From the NCBI RefSeq assembly GCF_018350175.1, contig NC_058368.1:182282001-182346000 (forward strand): a DNA stretch of 64,000 bases. The letters run 5' to 3'. The DNA comes from Felis catus. Lineage: Eukaryota. A model generated the notes under the pieces. It had not been told where the DNA came from and did not search any database. It saw only the letters and a program-made list of their open reading frames with translations. The first letter of the stretch is position 1. Every line of letters begins with the position of its first letter. A program made the position numbers and the translations under genes. This document shows, one piece after another, positions 37,736 to 50,361 of the stretch.

Positions 37736-38269
37736 ACCTTTTGTGTAGCATTTAAAGGAATTTCATTACAGTTTACTTAGCAAAAACCACATGTTAAAAA
37801 AAGGCCAACTTTTAGTTTTATTGTTTAATAAAATCTGTTTTGTATGGATTTTAAGCCCTCAAGGCACCCTAGAATTCCATAGTTGTTTTCTTATTTATAC
37901 TCAGTGGAGAATCTCAAAAGCCAGGGAGGTTTCCAGAGACTGCTGTGAGAAGCTAGTCTTGTGTTTATTAATTTTTGTACACATGCCCATAGGCCTTGGG
38001 GCAATGAGTTCACTTAAACAAATAGAAATAATACATAAATAACCACATTGTCCCCTAATTCATCTTTATGATTAGTTCCCATGGAACAACAATGCAGTTT
38101 TGTAATTCTACATGTGTGCTGTTAGAAGAGTATGAAATTCCATTTACTATCTAGAGTGTTTATAATATTTAAGCACAGTGGTATAAAATAAATCGTATTT
38201 ATTCACTTGGAGGGTGATTCTAATCATCCTCAGTCTTCCTTGTTTTTTGTCTTTTCTTGTACCATTAAG

Positions 38270-38620
38270 ATTATTTTGTTGTAAGCCAAGGAAATTGACC
38301 CTAGCTAAATTAAGGAAAAGAAGAATTCACTGGAAAGATATGGGAGCTCACCGAAGTAAATGAAGAATAAAGAATAAAGCAAGGAAACTAATAAACAACA
38401 GGGGGCAGTAGCTTCAGAGAATCTTTGTAAGAGAACTCAGGTTCTACCACTGAAACTAATATGCTCCAACTTTCTCAGTCTATGATCATTTTTCTTAGTA
38501 TAAATTTGTAGAATAAAGCACAAATAGCTTTTCCTCGGTTACATGACAGCTCTTAGACTAGGGAGAACAGGACATCTTGATTAAAGTCCCCATGAGGCTG
38601 TATTCAGGGGAAGAGATTTA
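38270..38620 (-). mobile_element. Old MaLR LTR relic (antisense)
   Basis: ttgttgtaagc...ctagctaaattaaggaaaagaagaattcactggaaagatatggg is the reverse of an MLT1-type 3' end. Confidence 0.45.
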
Positions 38621-38625
38621 ATTAT

Positions 38626-39128
38626 TGTGGTAGGTAGAATAATGATCCTTCAAGATTCCCAAGCCCTAATCCCAGGAACCGTGAGTGTGTGAGGTTACAC
38701 GGCAAAGCAAAACTAAAATTGTAAAATTAAGTTTGCAAATCGCCGACCTTAAAATAGGGAGATTATCCTGAATTATCTCCATGGACCCAATGTAATCAGG
38801 AGGGTCCTTAAAAGTGGAAGGAGGCAGAGGAGGAAGTCAGTCAAGAGGAAGATGTGTCTATGAAAGAAAGATACAGAGAAGTGAAACACTGCTTTCTTTG
38901 AAGACGGAAGAAAGGGGCAGGAAGCCAGGAATAGGGGTGGCTCCTAGAAACTGGACAGGACAAGGAGACAGACTGGTCCCCTAAAGCCCCCAGAAAGGAA
39001 TACAGTGTTGCCAATACCTAGGTTTTAACTCACTGAGACTATTTGGATTTCTGACCTCCAGAAGTGAGAGATAATACATTTATACCATTTAAATCATAAT
39101 TTGTTCAAGCAGCAATAGTAGATTATAA
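38626..39128 (+). mobile_element. MLT1D-like MaLR solo LTR
   Basis: tgtggtaggtagaataatg...gaccttaaaatagggagattatcctg...ggatttctgacctccagaa...aatttgtt..cagcaatag. Confidence 0.88.
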
Positions 39129-39243
39129 GAAAAAAAATCATTAAATTTTGTAATAAATGTTTGATGGTTGAAGTATCAAAATCAATTTAAATAAAAAATA
39201 AATTTAATTAATAAATTATCAGAATCAATATCATAACCAAAAT

Positions 39244-39445
39244 CTCTATCTATATAGATATATAGATGATGATATATAGATATAGACAATCTAGATATAG
39301 GTATATATCTAGATATATATAGATAGATATCTAGATATCTAGATATAGATATAGATATAGATATAGGCAATATAGATATAGGTATATATCTAGATATAGG
39401 TATATAGATATATAGATACACACACTCACACACACACACATATAT
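39244..39445. repeat. Complex (TAGA/TATA) low-complexity tract plus (CA)n
   Basis: Direct read. Confidence 0.9.
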
Positions 39446-39868
39446 AATGGCACTTATTCCACCAAAACAAAATAAATAAAAACAAAATTTATGATTTTGT
39501 ATTATGCTTTTTAGTTCACACTACTTTTCTACTCAGAAGCCATGAAGATGACACAAGAAATGTACCACTGACTAGGATTAATGTAAAAAGTCAATCACAG
39601 TAGTGGAGAACCACCCATTATTCCCAAGACAATGACTTAATAGATACTATGTGAGTTATTTCACAAAATCCCTTAATTCTTCAGCTTCTCTCTGAATCAA
39701 ACCATTCAAAATGTTGTTTTACATACAGTGAGCATAGGTGACACAAAAACTACCTTGTATGGAGACTTCTTTCTTCATTTTCTGTTGTTGAATTAAAACC
39801 ATTCTGCAATCTACAATATTTCGCTGGTCGAGAACATGGAAAATAAAGACAGTCTAAGAAATTCTGTG

Positions 39869-40486
39869 TGTGATAATTACTTTTACATGCTAACATGACT
39901 GAGCCATAAAGTGCTCATATATGTGGTGAAACATTATTTTGAGTGTTTCTGTTAGGTGTCTTTGAATGAGTTTAACATTTAAATCAGTAGCCTGGGTAAA
40001 ACAGATTGTCCTCCATAATGTGGGTGGGCCTCATTCAATCAGCTGAAGGTCCGACTAGAACAAGATAGACTTTCCCAAGAGTAAGGAGGAATTCCTCTCG
40101 CCCGACTGTCTTCAATCTGGAATATCAGTTTTATCCTCTCTTTGGACTTAAACTGAAACATCATCTCTTCCTGAGTCTCAAGCCTGCCAGCCTTCAGACT
40201 AGAACTAAAACTATTGGATCTCCTGGTTATCAGGCCATCACACTTGGACTGGGGTTTGAAGTGCACCATCAGCTTCCCTGGCTCTCCAGCTTGCTAGCTG
40301 CAGATCCTGGGACTTAGCAGCCTCCATAATTATGGTGTAAGTCAATTCCTTATAATCGATTGCTCCCTCTTCTCCTCCCTCTCTTTCTTCTCCCCTTCCT
40401 CTCTTGCTCCCCCTCTCCTCTCTCTCTGTCTCTGTCTCTCTGTCTCTCTCCTTCTGTTTCTCTCAAGAACCCTGACCAAAAACACA
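39869..40486 (+). mobile_element. MLT2 (ERVL) solo LTR
   Basis: tgtgata...cagattgtcctccataatgtgggtgggcctcattcaatc...agaaccctgac...ca. TG...CA ends and a near-TSD (ctgtg/ttgtg). Confidence 0.88.
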
Positions 40487-40599
40487 TTGTGTAAGAAAAA
40501 TTTATCTTCTTTGATAATGAGAAATTCTAATACTATTAGACATATTTACTTAAAGAGAAAAAAGGATAAAAAGGATAAAAAGGAAAAAAAAAAGATAAT

Positions 40600-40950
40600 C
40601 CAGGGTTATACAAGTAACACATGTTCATTATAAAAACAAAACACACAAAAAACAAAAAAGTCTAAAAGTCACCCATCTTGCATATCAACTATACCTACTA
40701 TTTACATATATATATTTGTGTATGCATTTACACTGCTTTATATCCTACCTTCATTGTTAATGATATATTTTGAGTATCCTTCATTTCAATAAATGTACTT
40801 GTACAACACTTCGATCACTACATGCCAATTTCCTATGGTTCAACATTTAAAATATTTCTAATCTTTTATATAATAGGCAACATGAAAAGAGACGTCCCAG
40901 GACACATCATGACAAGTACTTGGGGGTGGAATTTTTGGGTAAAAATATTG
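40600..40950 (-). mobile_element. Old L1ME-like 3' relic
   Basis: Antisense 3'UTR-like motifs (aagtaacacatgttcatt, atatattttgagtatccttcatttcaataaat). Confidence 0.45.
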
Positions 40951-41545
40951 TTGAAAAATACCAAATCGTACTATTCTTCTGGAGCCATTACCACATCATC
41001 ACTAAGTAATATTGAAACGAGGTAATAATTTGTGGTACTGTCTTCTTAGAAGGCAAAAGAAGGTCACAAAGTGGGCAGTGTGTTCCATATTATTGCTATT
41101 TGTCTTGAGAAAAAAGTCAGAAGACATTTTAGGAAATGGAGGGAAAGATATAAAAACCACCTCCACTAACGCCAGCAACTGGTTGCAGGGTACAGTTGCC
41201 AGTCATTTAAAGGTGACCAGATTGTCTCCTGTTTGCTGCTGAGGAGACAGTCTGGGTGCATTTTGGCTTTTGCACCAGCCAATTCTGAATCACTCTTCCT
41301 GGCTCATGCTGCTTCTCTCTTTGTCCAGTCCCCTTCATACATCATACATCATGTGTTGGAACAAAATGCTAGCCAGTTTCTGGGAGGAAAGAGGCATTTA
41401 AAAATCAAATCACTAATTTTTCTGTTGCTTGTCATTAATTTTCAAGTGTTTAAAATGTCTCCACGAAAATATATCTTTTGAGTCAGTAAAGCATATTTAA
41501 TGGATTAAGAATGTATGCATGTTTTATATTTGTATACATATAAAA

Positions 41546-41552
41546 GATAGAT

Positions 41553-41586
<34 letters not shown>
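41546..41586. repeat. (GATA)n tetranucleotide
   Basis: Direct read. Confidence 0.97.
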
Positions 41587-42687
41587 GTTATCTTTATACA
41601 GGAGTGATTATTTTTCAGTCCTCCCTAACGGGGAAATCCAAAGACATTTAATCTATATTCTCTATTTTTCACATGAATAAATTTGCCAATCTCTAGCAAG
41701 TGCCAAATGCAAATTTATTATAATTTTAAATTGGCTCTATAATGGGCTCAGTGACAAAACATATGATTTAATATTCTTCATTATGGTATTGTTTATGTTC
41801 TATTGGAAAGTTCTTTTATTACTATTTAACCACATTAAATTTCCCTGAGGAGTCTGATTATCCATTAATGCTTTAAATAGATGTGTCACCCTGGACTGAC
41901 TAAAGAACTGAGCTTAATCTTTGATAGCGGCCAGATGATGTCTTAGGAAGAGGAAAGGAGGAAATATCCGCTCTGTGTAATAAAGCACCCTGGAATGGAA
42001 GGTAAGGAGTGAGACATGCAGATACTAAGTTAAGATTTTGCCTTGACTTAACCAAAAAGTGTGTTATGATTTTAGGTAACAGGGTTAAATAATTCTTAAG
42101 ATTTTCTTCTTCACTAGCCTTTGGGGAGATACTTACATACTTCAGTATTTTTATGTTCATCACAATAGTACTAGTCTATTCTAAAGGAGGACCTCTTTTC
42201 AAGTCATGTAAAACTTTGTTTTCATTGCTAAAGAAGCTAAGCTCCAGATACAAAATGCAGCAAAGTCATGAAGATTTATGTTGAACAATTATAGAGACAC
42301 TGTATAAAGTCACCATAAAAGTTGGAGTGGGGATTTATTTAGATTTCAACTATTTTATTTGGCAAATTTAAAAAAAAAATAAGAGCAAAAGAAACATCGT
42401 CTTTTAAAACATTCATTTCCAGAAAAAAACATTCAATAATTTTTTTCTAAGTAGAATACATTCCCTTTGCTTTATCCTCTTTATTTCATTATTTTCCCAC
42501 ACAATTTTATTTCATTTATTTCATTATTTTCCCACACAATGCATAGTATTTTTATCAGTCTAGAAGGTGGGTCAGAAATCTAAGCCCTTGAAAATCCTGC
42601 CAATAAATGATTCCAGATTTCCTCCTCATTCTCCAGTTATACATAAGGAACAAAGAGCATTTATATAAACATCACAATTTCATTTAG

Positions 42688-43790
42688 GCATTCATTCAAC
42701 AAATATTCACCAGGCACCTGGAAGGCATGGAACCTTCATGGGATAATAAATATATACCCTTTCTCTTAGGAGAAATTGAGGACACTGTAATAAGCTATCT
42801 CTTTATTTATCCTTATTTCACACCTTTTCTCTATTATTCCCTGACTCTAGTCCCATGGGCCTTTCTAGTTCCTCCAGTCCACTGTCTTGCCATTGGCCCT
42901 TGGTATCTCTGTCCTTGTTGTGTGGGTTATTCTTACTACCCTCCTCAAATAGGTAACTCTTCACCAGACAACTCCTTTCCCATATTTTCTTTAAGTAAGC
43001 TCTCCCTGAGTCTCAAGCTCAGATTCTTTTGTTATATGTTCCCTCTGCAAATTAAAATCACGTAAAAATTAGAGTGATCATTTCTTTGACATCTATGTTG
43101 TCTACCTCCCTCTCAACTCATAAGCTTCATGAAGAAAGGACCATCTTTCTTTCCTATTTTAACCAGGGGGTCATGTGTGTTGCCTAGAAAATGAACAACA
43201 TGCCAAAGGAATACTCACAGAAGAGTCAATGAATTAAAAATGTAAGCAATTGCTTGAATGTACAACATGACTGGGGAGACAAGGCTTAAACACACATACC
43301 AAAAGAAAAAGAAAAGCAAAGTAACAATCCAAGTGAATGTGACATGTATGATGAGTGACGTGAATAATACAGGCTAATATGATTTCAAAGATGGCAGGGT
43401 GCTGTGGGCCAAGAGCAGAAAAGTGATGGGGTTAGAGTCTTACAAGATGTGGCGGATTTGGATAAGTGGTAAAGAGAAAAGAATTCCGGATTCTTCCTAG
43501 TGTGTTACAAAACTCCACCCCATCATTTGGAAGAAAGCTTTGAAGAGAGACACAAGAAGCCAGAAGATCAGTTAAGGAGGGGTAACAGTAGGATAGGCAT
43601 GAGCAAGACGAGCTTGGACCAGGTTGCTAAGTGGTCCAAATGGAGGAGCCACAGGAGTGATTGATTTGGGAGGTTTCACTGGCAGAAGCAGGAGGCAGCA
43701 GCACAGACTCACAGGGTGGATTTTATGACAGATTAGAGGGCAAACAAAAAGTCAAAGTCAAAGATAACTCCAAGATTTCACTTTAATATG
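42688..43790. mobile_element. Cluster of L2 fragments in both orientations
   Basis: cattcattcaacaaatatt (antisense end), ataagcttcatgaagaaaggacc (sense) and gtcaaagataactccaagattt (antisense). Confidence 0.5.
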
Positions 43791-45942
43791 ATTGCTATAT
43801 TTCATTAAATAATGGATTAAATCTGTCTACAAATAGCACATATTAAGTATTAACTATGAATCGCTATGCACAATTACGGACGAGCGTTATTTTCTTTTGG
43901 CTTCACAGCAACATAGAGGAGACAGCATTTTTCCCTAGGGTGTTGAGGCATTTGCCGAGAGTCATACCATAAGTAAGGAACAGAATCAGCACTTGTGCCC
44001 AGTTTCTCTGTCTCAAAAGCACTAGACAGAGCTTCTGTAAACTGCCTCATTTTGCACTTCCTCTTTTAAAGGTCGGTTTACTGCGTGATGTGGCATTAAC
44101 TTCAAATGAATCCAACGTTACCTTCATACTAGAAGAAATAATAATGGGGCATGTTTCAACTGGAACAAAATGGTGAAGCAGGTAAAGTTTGCTTTAGGCT
44201 TCATTTGTACAATTCTCTCCACTCTCACCCTCTACTGCCTCTGGCTCACTCTGATGGCTCCCTCAGGCACCTTGGGACTGGGTTCTGCACTAACTTAATT
44301 CAGACTAAAGTGTTAATGCTTGTTAATCAGCCTTCCCCCAAATCTGTATTTTAATGTTAAACATTAACATTAACAAGTTTCCCTATCTGCAGACACTGGA
44401 ATGTCCTCATCAAAAATAGATAAAAATACATGCTGCTTGGGTTAAGAAGATGGTAGTGACCAGTGCCTTCAACCCCATCTACTGAAAAATATTTGGTGAG
44501 TCAAATGGGAAAATAATTCTAGTTTTCTGAGTAATCCATTCTAAAATCTATTCTGACCCATGGGGATAATTAACAGACTAGTTTTAGACACGGGTAAGTA
44601 GGGGTAAATAGATGGGTAAATAGGAGAACTCTTTGACTCCTTTTAAAAATCAAACCATATAGACAACCACTTACTCCTCCCAGACATGAAGATAAAGTTA
44701 TCTGTGGCTTGAATGAGTCCAAAGTATTGGTCCTCAGGCAGTTTAATCAAGAATTCATTAGACACAAGTTATTTGCTTGGTCTCAGGCCTATGGTAGCCT
44801 TGAATAGCCTCCTTGAATTTGGATGATCAAAGGACAAAATAGAGATTGATGACCCCTCCTTGGAAGCAGTTGGTTTAATCACAGTGTGGTCGTGTCTCCT
44901 GGTGCCACCTGGACTTGAAGTGGCCTACGCTGAGCACCAGTGAAAAATGGCCTTTTCATTTGGCTCAGGATTCCCTCCTGGTCCTTAATGCCTTCCATAA
45001 TTAAGGAGTAACTACCAAGGCGTGGGGTATTTCTAGGGGATTAACGGCCAGCTGGGAGAGTTGATGGCCCAGAGCGGAGTGGGGACTCATTAACCTCAGC
45101 TGGTGATTAATTCCTTAGGAGCTGCCTGGGGGTGGGGAGGGGAGAGGGTGTTCTGGGTGGGGGGTGGTGGTGTACAACTCATTTTGATTGTATTTCCCGG
45201 AAAAGCAAAAAGTTAACTTTTAAATAATCAGAGGCACAGTATATCTCCTTTGGCATTACAGAATTCTGTCTCTAGCATTTCAACTGAGCTGTACTGTCAG
45301 GTCCTCCCAGCTCTTGGAGTCTTTTTTCCATGGGTGCTAATGTTAGAGAGAGCAGAGATAAATGAGACAGGCTCTGAAGTGGCAACCGGGGTGAAAAGCC
45401 TGGAATATGCTAAATGATGAAGTTAAAAGGGTTATATTTCAGACCAACCAAGCCTCTCCCTTTCCGAATCACAGCCCTAATACAGGCAATTAGGGCAACA
45501 CTAGTCTATTTAATCTTCTGTTATTCTTCTCTGCCCCCCACACTCCCTCCCTTTCTTCAGAATATTCACAAGAATGTAGAAGACGTTTGAAAATACCATG
45601 TGCTTCTGAGGATGGTGGAAATAGGCCCTCTTTTATGTGGTGAGTGGGAGTAAATATTGGAACAACCAATTAGGAAAGCAATTGGATGCCAGTGATTGAA
45701 ATTTGAAACCTGCATGTCCCATGATCCAGAATCTCACTTCTCCATATCATTCCTAGAAGAAACTTTGTATAAATGGAGCTGGCAAGAATACTCACTGCAA
45801 CTCCATTTATAATAGTAAAAGACTGTGATCAGCCCAAATATTCATCAGTGAGACAATGGCTAGATTATAGCATATTCAAATTACAGAAGGCCAGACAGTA
45901 CTTAAAAGAATGAGGTAAAAACTATATATGTGAAAAGTGTCT

Positions 45943-46128
45943 TTTTAAAAAAAAATTAATGCTTATTTATTTTTTGAGAGAGAGAGCATGAGTGGGGACA
46001 GGTAGAGAGCTAGGGAGACACAGAATCCAAAGAAGGTTCCAGGCTCTGAGTTGTCAGCACAGACATGTGCAAGATCATGACCTGAGCTGAAGTCAGACGC
46101 TTAATCGACTGAGCCACCCAGGCCCCCC
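45943..46128 (-). mobile_element. Can-SINE with internal deletion of the B-box region
   Basis: gtcagcacagac joins directly to atgtgcaagatcatgacc; the gcccgacgcggggctcgaactc segment is absent. Confidence 0.9.
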
Positions 46129-46307
46129 AAAATACACGTAAAGATTTCTTAACACATTTACTTAAGAATAGGAAAAAAATATACACATGATAAAGATGTA
46201 TATTCTATGATACAACTTATGTGAAAATCACAACAAACAATACTGTATATTTTCTATGGATACATAGATTCATGTAAATGAGTAGAAAATGGTCTAGGGA
46301 AAATAAA

Positions 46308-46311
<4 letters not shown>

Positions 46312-46346
<35 letters not shown>
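46312..46346. repeat. (AC)n microsatellite
   Basis: Direct read. Confidence 0.98.
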
Positions 46347-46347
<1 letters not shown>

Positions 46348-46962
46348 CCTGGCATAAAAATATTAACTTTGGAAGAATGAAATTAAGGGATGTCAATCTT
46401 AAAGTGTTTTTTTTTTTTTGTGCCAGATGGTATTTTCATTTAGTCCTTGATTATTTAAAAATCAAATATTTTAAAAAAGCAATACAATTGTTATAAGTTG
46501 GAGCTAGATATGTTAAAAGTAAGAAGTCAGGTTTTGTAGGGCTTTTAAGTGTTTTGGTCATGGTATGGTAGGCAGAAGGTTAAGAGCCTACTTTTTGGAA
46601 CTGACTTCACAGAAGGAATACAGGGAATAGAAGAGAACATTCCCCACCAAGTCAGGAGTACCTGAAGCTGTTTGCTTGGAGATCAGGAAATAACAACTCC
46701 TACATGCAAATACTGCCTGCAAATGATGTTAGGAAGCAATAACAACATCTTATTAACCCCCTAGCAGGAATTCATTTAATGAGAGGAGTTAATGCCTCCC
46801 TGAGTATCTGACAGTGGGAGGGAGAGACAGGGGATAATGCCCCAGGTGACTTAAAGGGAACTTTAAAGCTTAGGTTCTTGGAGGTGCAGATGATCATTAT
46901 CAGCTGATACTTGTTCTGTAATGAGGTCTGTCTCTAGGAATTAGATATTCTTTTAAAATACA

Positions 46963-47320
46963 ACTGGAGAGTGTTATGCTAAGTGAAATAAGCCATACAG
47001 AGAAGGATGAATTCCATATGTTTTCACTATTATGTGGATCCTGAGAAACTTAACAGAAGACCATGGGGGAGGGGAAGGAAAAAAAAAGAGAGGGAGGGAG
47101 CCAAACCATAAGAGACTCTTGAAAACTGAGAATGAACTGAGGGCTGATGGGGGGTGGGAGGGAGGGGAAAGTGGGTGATGGGCATAGAAGAGGGCACCTA
47201 CTGGGATGAGCACTGGGTGTTGTATGGAAACCAATTTGAAAATAAACTTCATATAAAAAAAGAAACAATTATTAAAAAAATAAAAAGTCTATTCCAATTA
47301 TGAGTACAAAAAATATAAAA
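46963..47320 (+). mobile_element. Young felid L1 (L1_Fc-like) 3' end with short 3' transduction
   Basis: gtggatcctgagaaacttaacagaagaccatgggggagggg...gtatggaaaccaatttga. TSD taaaataca at 46954-46962 and 47321-47329, at a tttt/aaaa endonuclease site. Confidence 0.93.
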
Positions 47321-47389
47321 TAAAATACATCCAAGATGGTTGAGAACAGACACATAAGAACTCCAAAGTTCACAAAACTAAAATGAGCC

Positions 47390-47760
47390 TGTGTATAATG
47401 CCAGCTCTGCCATTTATTAGTTATATAACTTTGGGAAAATTACTTAAGTTCTTTGAGCATCATTTTCTCATCTATAATGTGAGGAAACAAATAATACTCA
47501 ACTCATACATTGTCAGGATTAAGTAATTCATGTAAAAGAGTTCATAATAAGTACTCTAGAGAAGTTACTGTCATTATTATTATTATTATTATTATACTAT
47601 AATTATTACAGCTAATTATCATTGAACAGGGGCTGAGAATCAGAACTCGCTTCAAATAATGACTATGCCACCAATGGACAAGGTGACCTATGTAAATTAA
47701 GTTACTCTCTGGGATTAAATTTCATTATTTGGTAAATCAGTTTAAAAATAAATTGAGATG
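47390..47760 (+). mobile_element. Two MIR relics with (TTA)n between them
   Basis: ccagctctgccatttattag...ttacttaagttctttgagcatcattttctcatctataa, with a second core near 47660-47735. Confidence 0.7.
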
Positions 47761-48407
47761 ATGTATGTCAAAATTAGAAAAATTTGTATAAAAATAAGTT
47801 TTATTTCTTCTTCTTGTTTTTGTTCTTCTTGTTCTTTTGTTCTTCTCCTTCTCCTTCTTCTTGTTCTTCTTTATGCCTCCTCCCTCTCTTCTTACTTCAC
47901 TCCAGTAAATATGGATTTAATTTATACCGTCTGGTGTTAGAGGTAGAGTGATAGAGTATTATTTGTCAGTGACTACTCTTCCCATTTTGATGCCAAACTT
48001 GTTTTCTCATTCTATGTTCAACTCGCAATTTTCATTAGTGGCCAAGAAAAGAAGTTGATTCCTTTAACTTTCCTGCCTAGCTAAGGTGTTAATTGCATTC
48101 ATGGGTACTTTCTGGCAGGATATGATATTCTCCAGTTCCTATCAGAAGCATGGATCACATAAACAGTCATTATAATAAGATATGACCCCTAATATTGTTG
48201 CTCTAACTCCACTTTCATGCAGTAGTAAGACAGATACTCCAGATAATGAGAACACCCTTTGAAATACTTGTTAATAAGTTTCCCATGAAACGCTGGCCAT
48301 CGTTTTGCATTAAGAACATTAGAATCAAATTCATAATTTGATTTATCGGATTTATTTACAATTTGATTTACAATGTGATTTATTTACAATAGATAGCCAG
48401 GGCATAG

Positions 48408-48437
48408 TAACAGTGGATAAATGGATAAAGAAAATGT

Positions 48438-48481
<44 letters not shown>

Positions 48482-49098
48482 CACACATATATATATATAT
48501 AATTTATATACAATTAAATATTAAATAAACAAATATTAAATAAATATTAATAAATTAAATAATTAATTAAGGAAAAAGTAACTAAGTATTTATATTATAT
48601 ATGTGACATATGTAAAATGCAATATTACTGAGCCATAATAAATAATGGAATCTTGCCATTTGTGATAATATGGATAAATGTAGAAGGCATTATGCTAAAT
48701 GAAATAAGTCAGACAGAGAAAGACAAATACTGGATGATCTCACTTAAATATGGAATCTAAAAACTAAACAGAAACAGAGAGAAGGTTTGTGGGTGCCAGA
48801 GGCAAGGAGTGGGAGATGAGACAAACAGATGAAGGTGGTCAATTGTATAAACTTTCAGTTATAAGATTAATCAGTTTGAGAGATGTATAGCATAAGTGAG
48901 TATTGTTAACAATATTTGAAAGTTGTTAAGATAATAGATCTTAAAAGGTCTCATCACAGAGGGAAAAAAACTGTATGAGGAGACTAATTTGATTGTGGTG
49001 ATCATTTCACAATATATACATATATCAAATCATTATGTTGTACAACTTAAACTAATATAATGTTATATGCTAATTATATCTCAGTAAAACTGAAAAAC
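48408..49098 (+). mobile_element. L1MA-like 3'UTR containing (GT)20 at 48439-48478
   Basis: atggataaagaaaatgtgg...ggcattatgctaaatgaaataagtcagacagagaaagacaaatact...tatatctcagtaaaactg. Confidence 0.9.
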
Positions 49099-50204
49099 AA
49101 AACATATTAGATTCAAATGTACCCTTCCAAGCTTGGGCAATGCAGATGAGCTGAGGTGAGTCCATAAAGATGACCCAATTCATTCTACAAGTCCATCTTT
49201 CTGTCATGTACATCACATTTTGACACATCCTGCTCACCTTGGCTATCTCAGTCTCTTAGTGGCTTAAGACTATCAGTCTAGTCTGTCAACCCCATTTTGC
49301 TTGCTCTTAGCTGCTCTCTCTAGCTGAGTTTTATTTATTTATTTATTTATTTTCTGGAAAAGGGAGATGAATCATACTAGTGGTCCTAATATAATTAGAG
49401 ATAGCATACTCGACATAGCAATAAATAACAGCAAATTACATAATGAAAAATTCTCCCTTTCCCTGTTTTCTTTCAACATCAAAATGAACATTTCCATGTC
49501 TTGCTAGAATGTCTTTTACATCATCCAACCATTGGCTAATCTCCCTTTTTTCACTAAGAAAGCCCCAGGCACAGACCTTTCTGCAGGTCAAAGCCAGAAT
49601 TTAAGACTTGTCTTGTTGTAGATGTCTTTACTTATTTTTGGTTACCATCTATTCATGGGAAGTTGCACTGTTTTAACTTTTGTGGTAAGGATATAATGAT
49701 CACCTTTAGAATAGATTTAACACATTTTTAAAGTGAAGGAATTAAAAGAAAAATACATGAAGACAGTATGTAGATTAGTCAAGTTTGATCACTGTATCCC
49801 CATTTTTTTGGTGCCATAATGATTCTATTCATTTAAGGCACCTGAATTTATTGGCTTCCTTTTGCAGGATGGCAGTGCTTTCTTTCAGTAAGGTCCTTAA
49901 TCACACTGCAGACTATCAACAGTCACTTTTGTAACTCCAGGACCTTAGCTTAATGGCTAGGTCCGGGATGTTGTCAAATGCATGTTGACTAAGTGAATGA
50001 CTAAAAACACAAATAAAAAGAAAACCATAGAACATAACAAGAATGGCAAGGTAGTTTGCTGGTTGTTTCTGCCAAGCAGTTGACCTGCTTATGTCTGCCT
50101 ATGTGTGGAAAGGTTAGGATGTGGGTTAGAGGGTGGGAGGAGTTAGGACCAGCTGTATGTATCTCTACCTGAGAAGTTACCTGATTTTGACCATATTCAA
50201 GAAC

Positions 50205-50330
50205 AATGATCTCAGAGGAGGGTCCTTGGACTAGCACAATCTGAACCAACTTTTATGTGTTAGAAATGCAAACTGTTAGATCCACTGAAGTAGAAATTCT
50301 GGGAGCAGGGCCTCAAACCTTTTTCTTTTC

Positions 50331-50361
<31 letters not shown>

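Larger units (their letters stand above)
45600..46450 (+). mobile_element. Old L1 (L1ME/MD-like) 3' region, split by a SINE and (CA)n
   Basis: gggagtaaat..ggaacaacc...ggaaagcaattgg...catgatccagaatctcacttct...cagcccaaatattcatcag. Confidence 0.65.
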
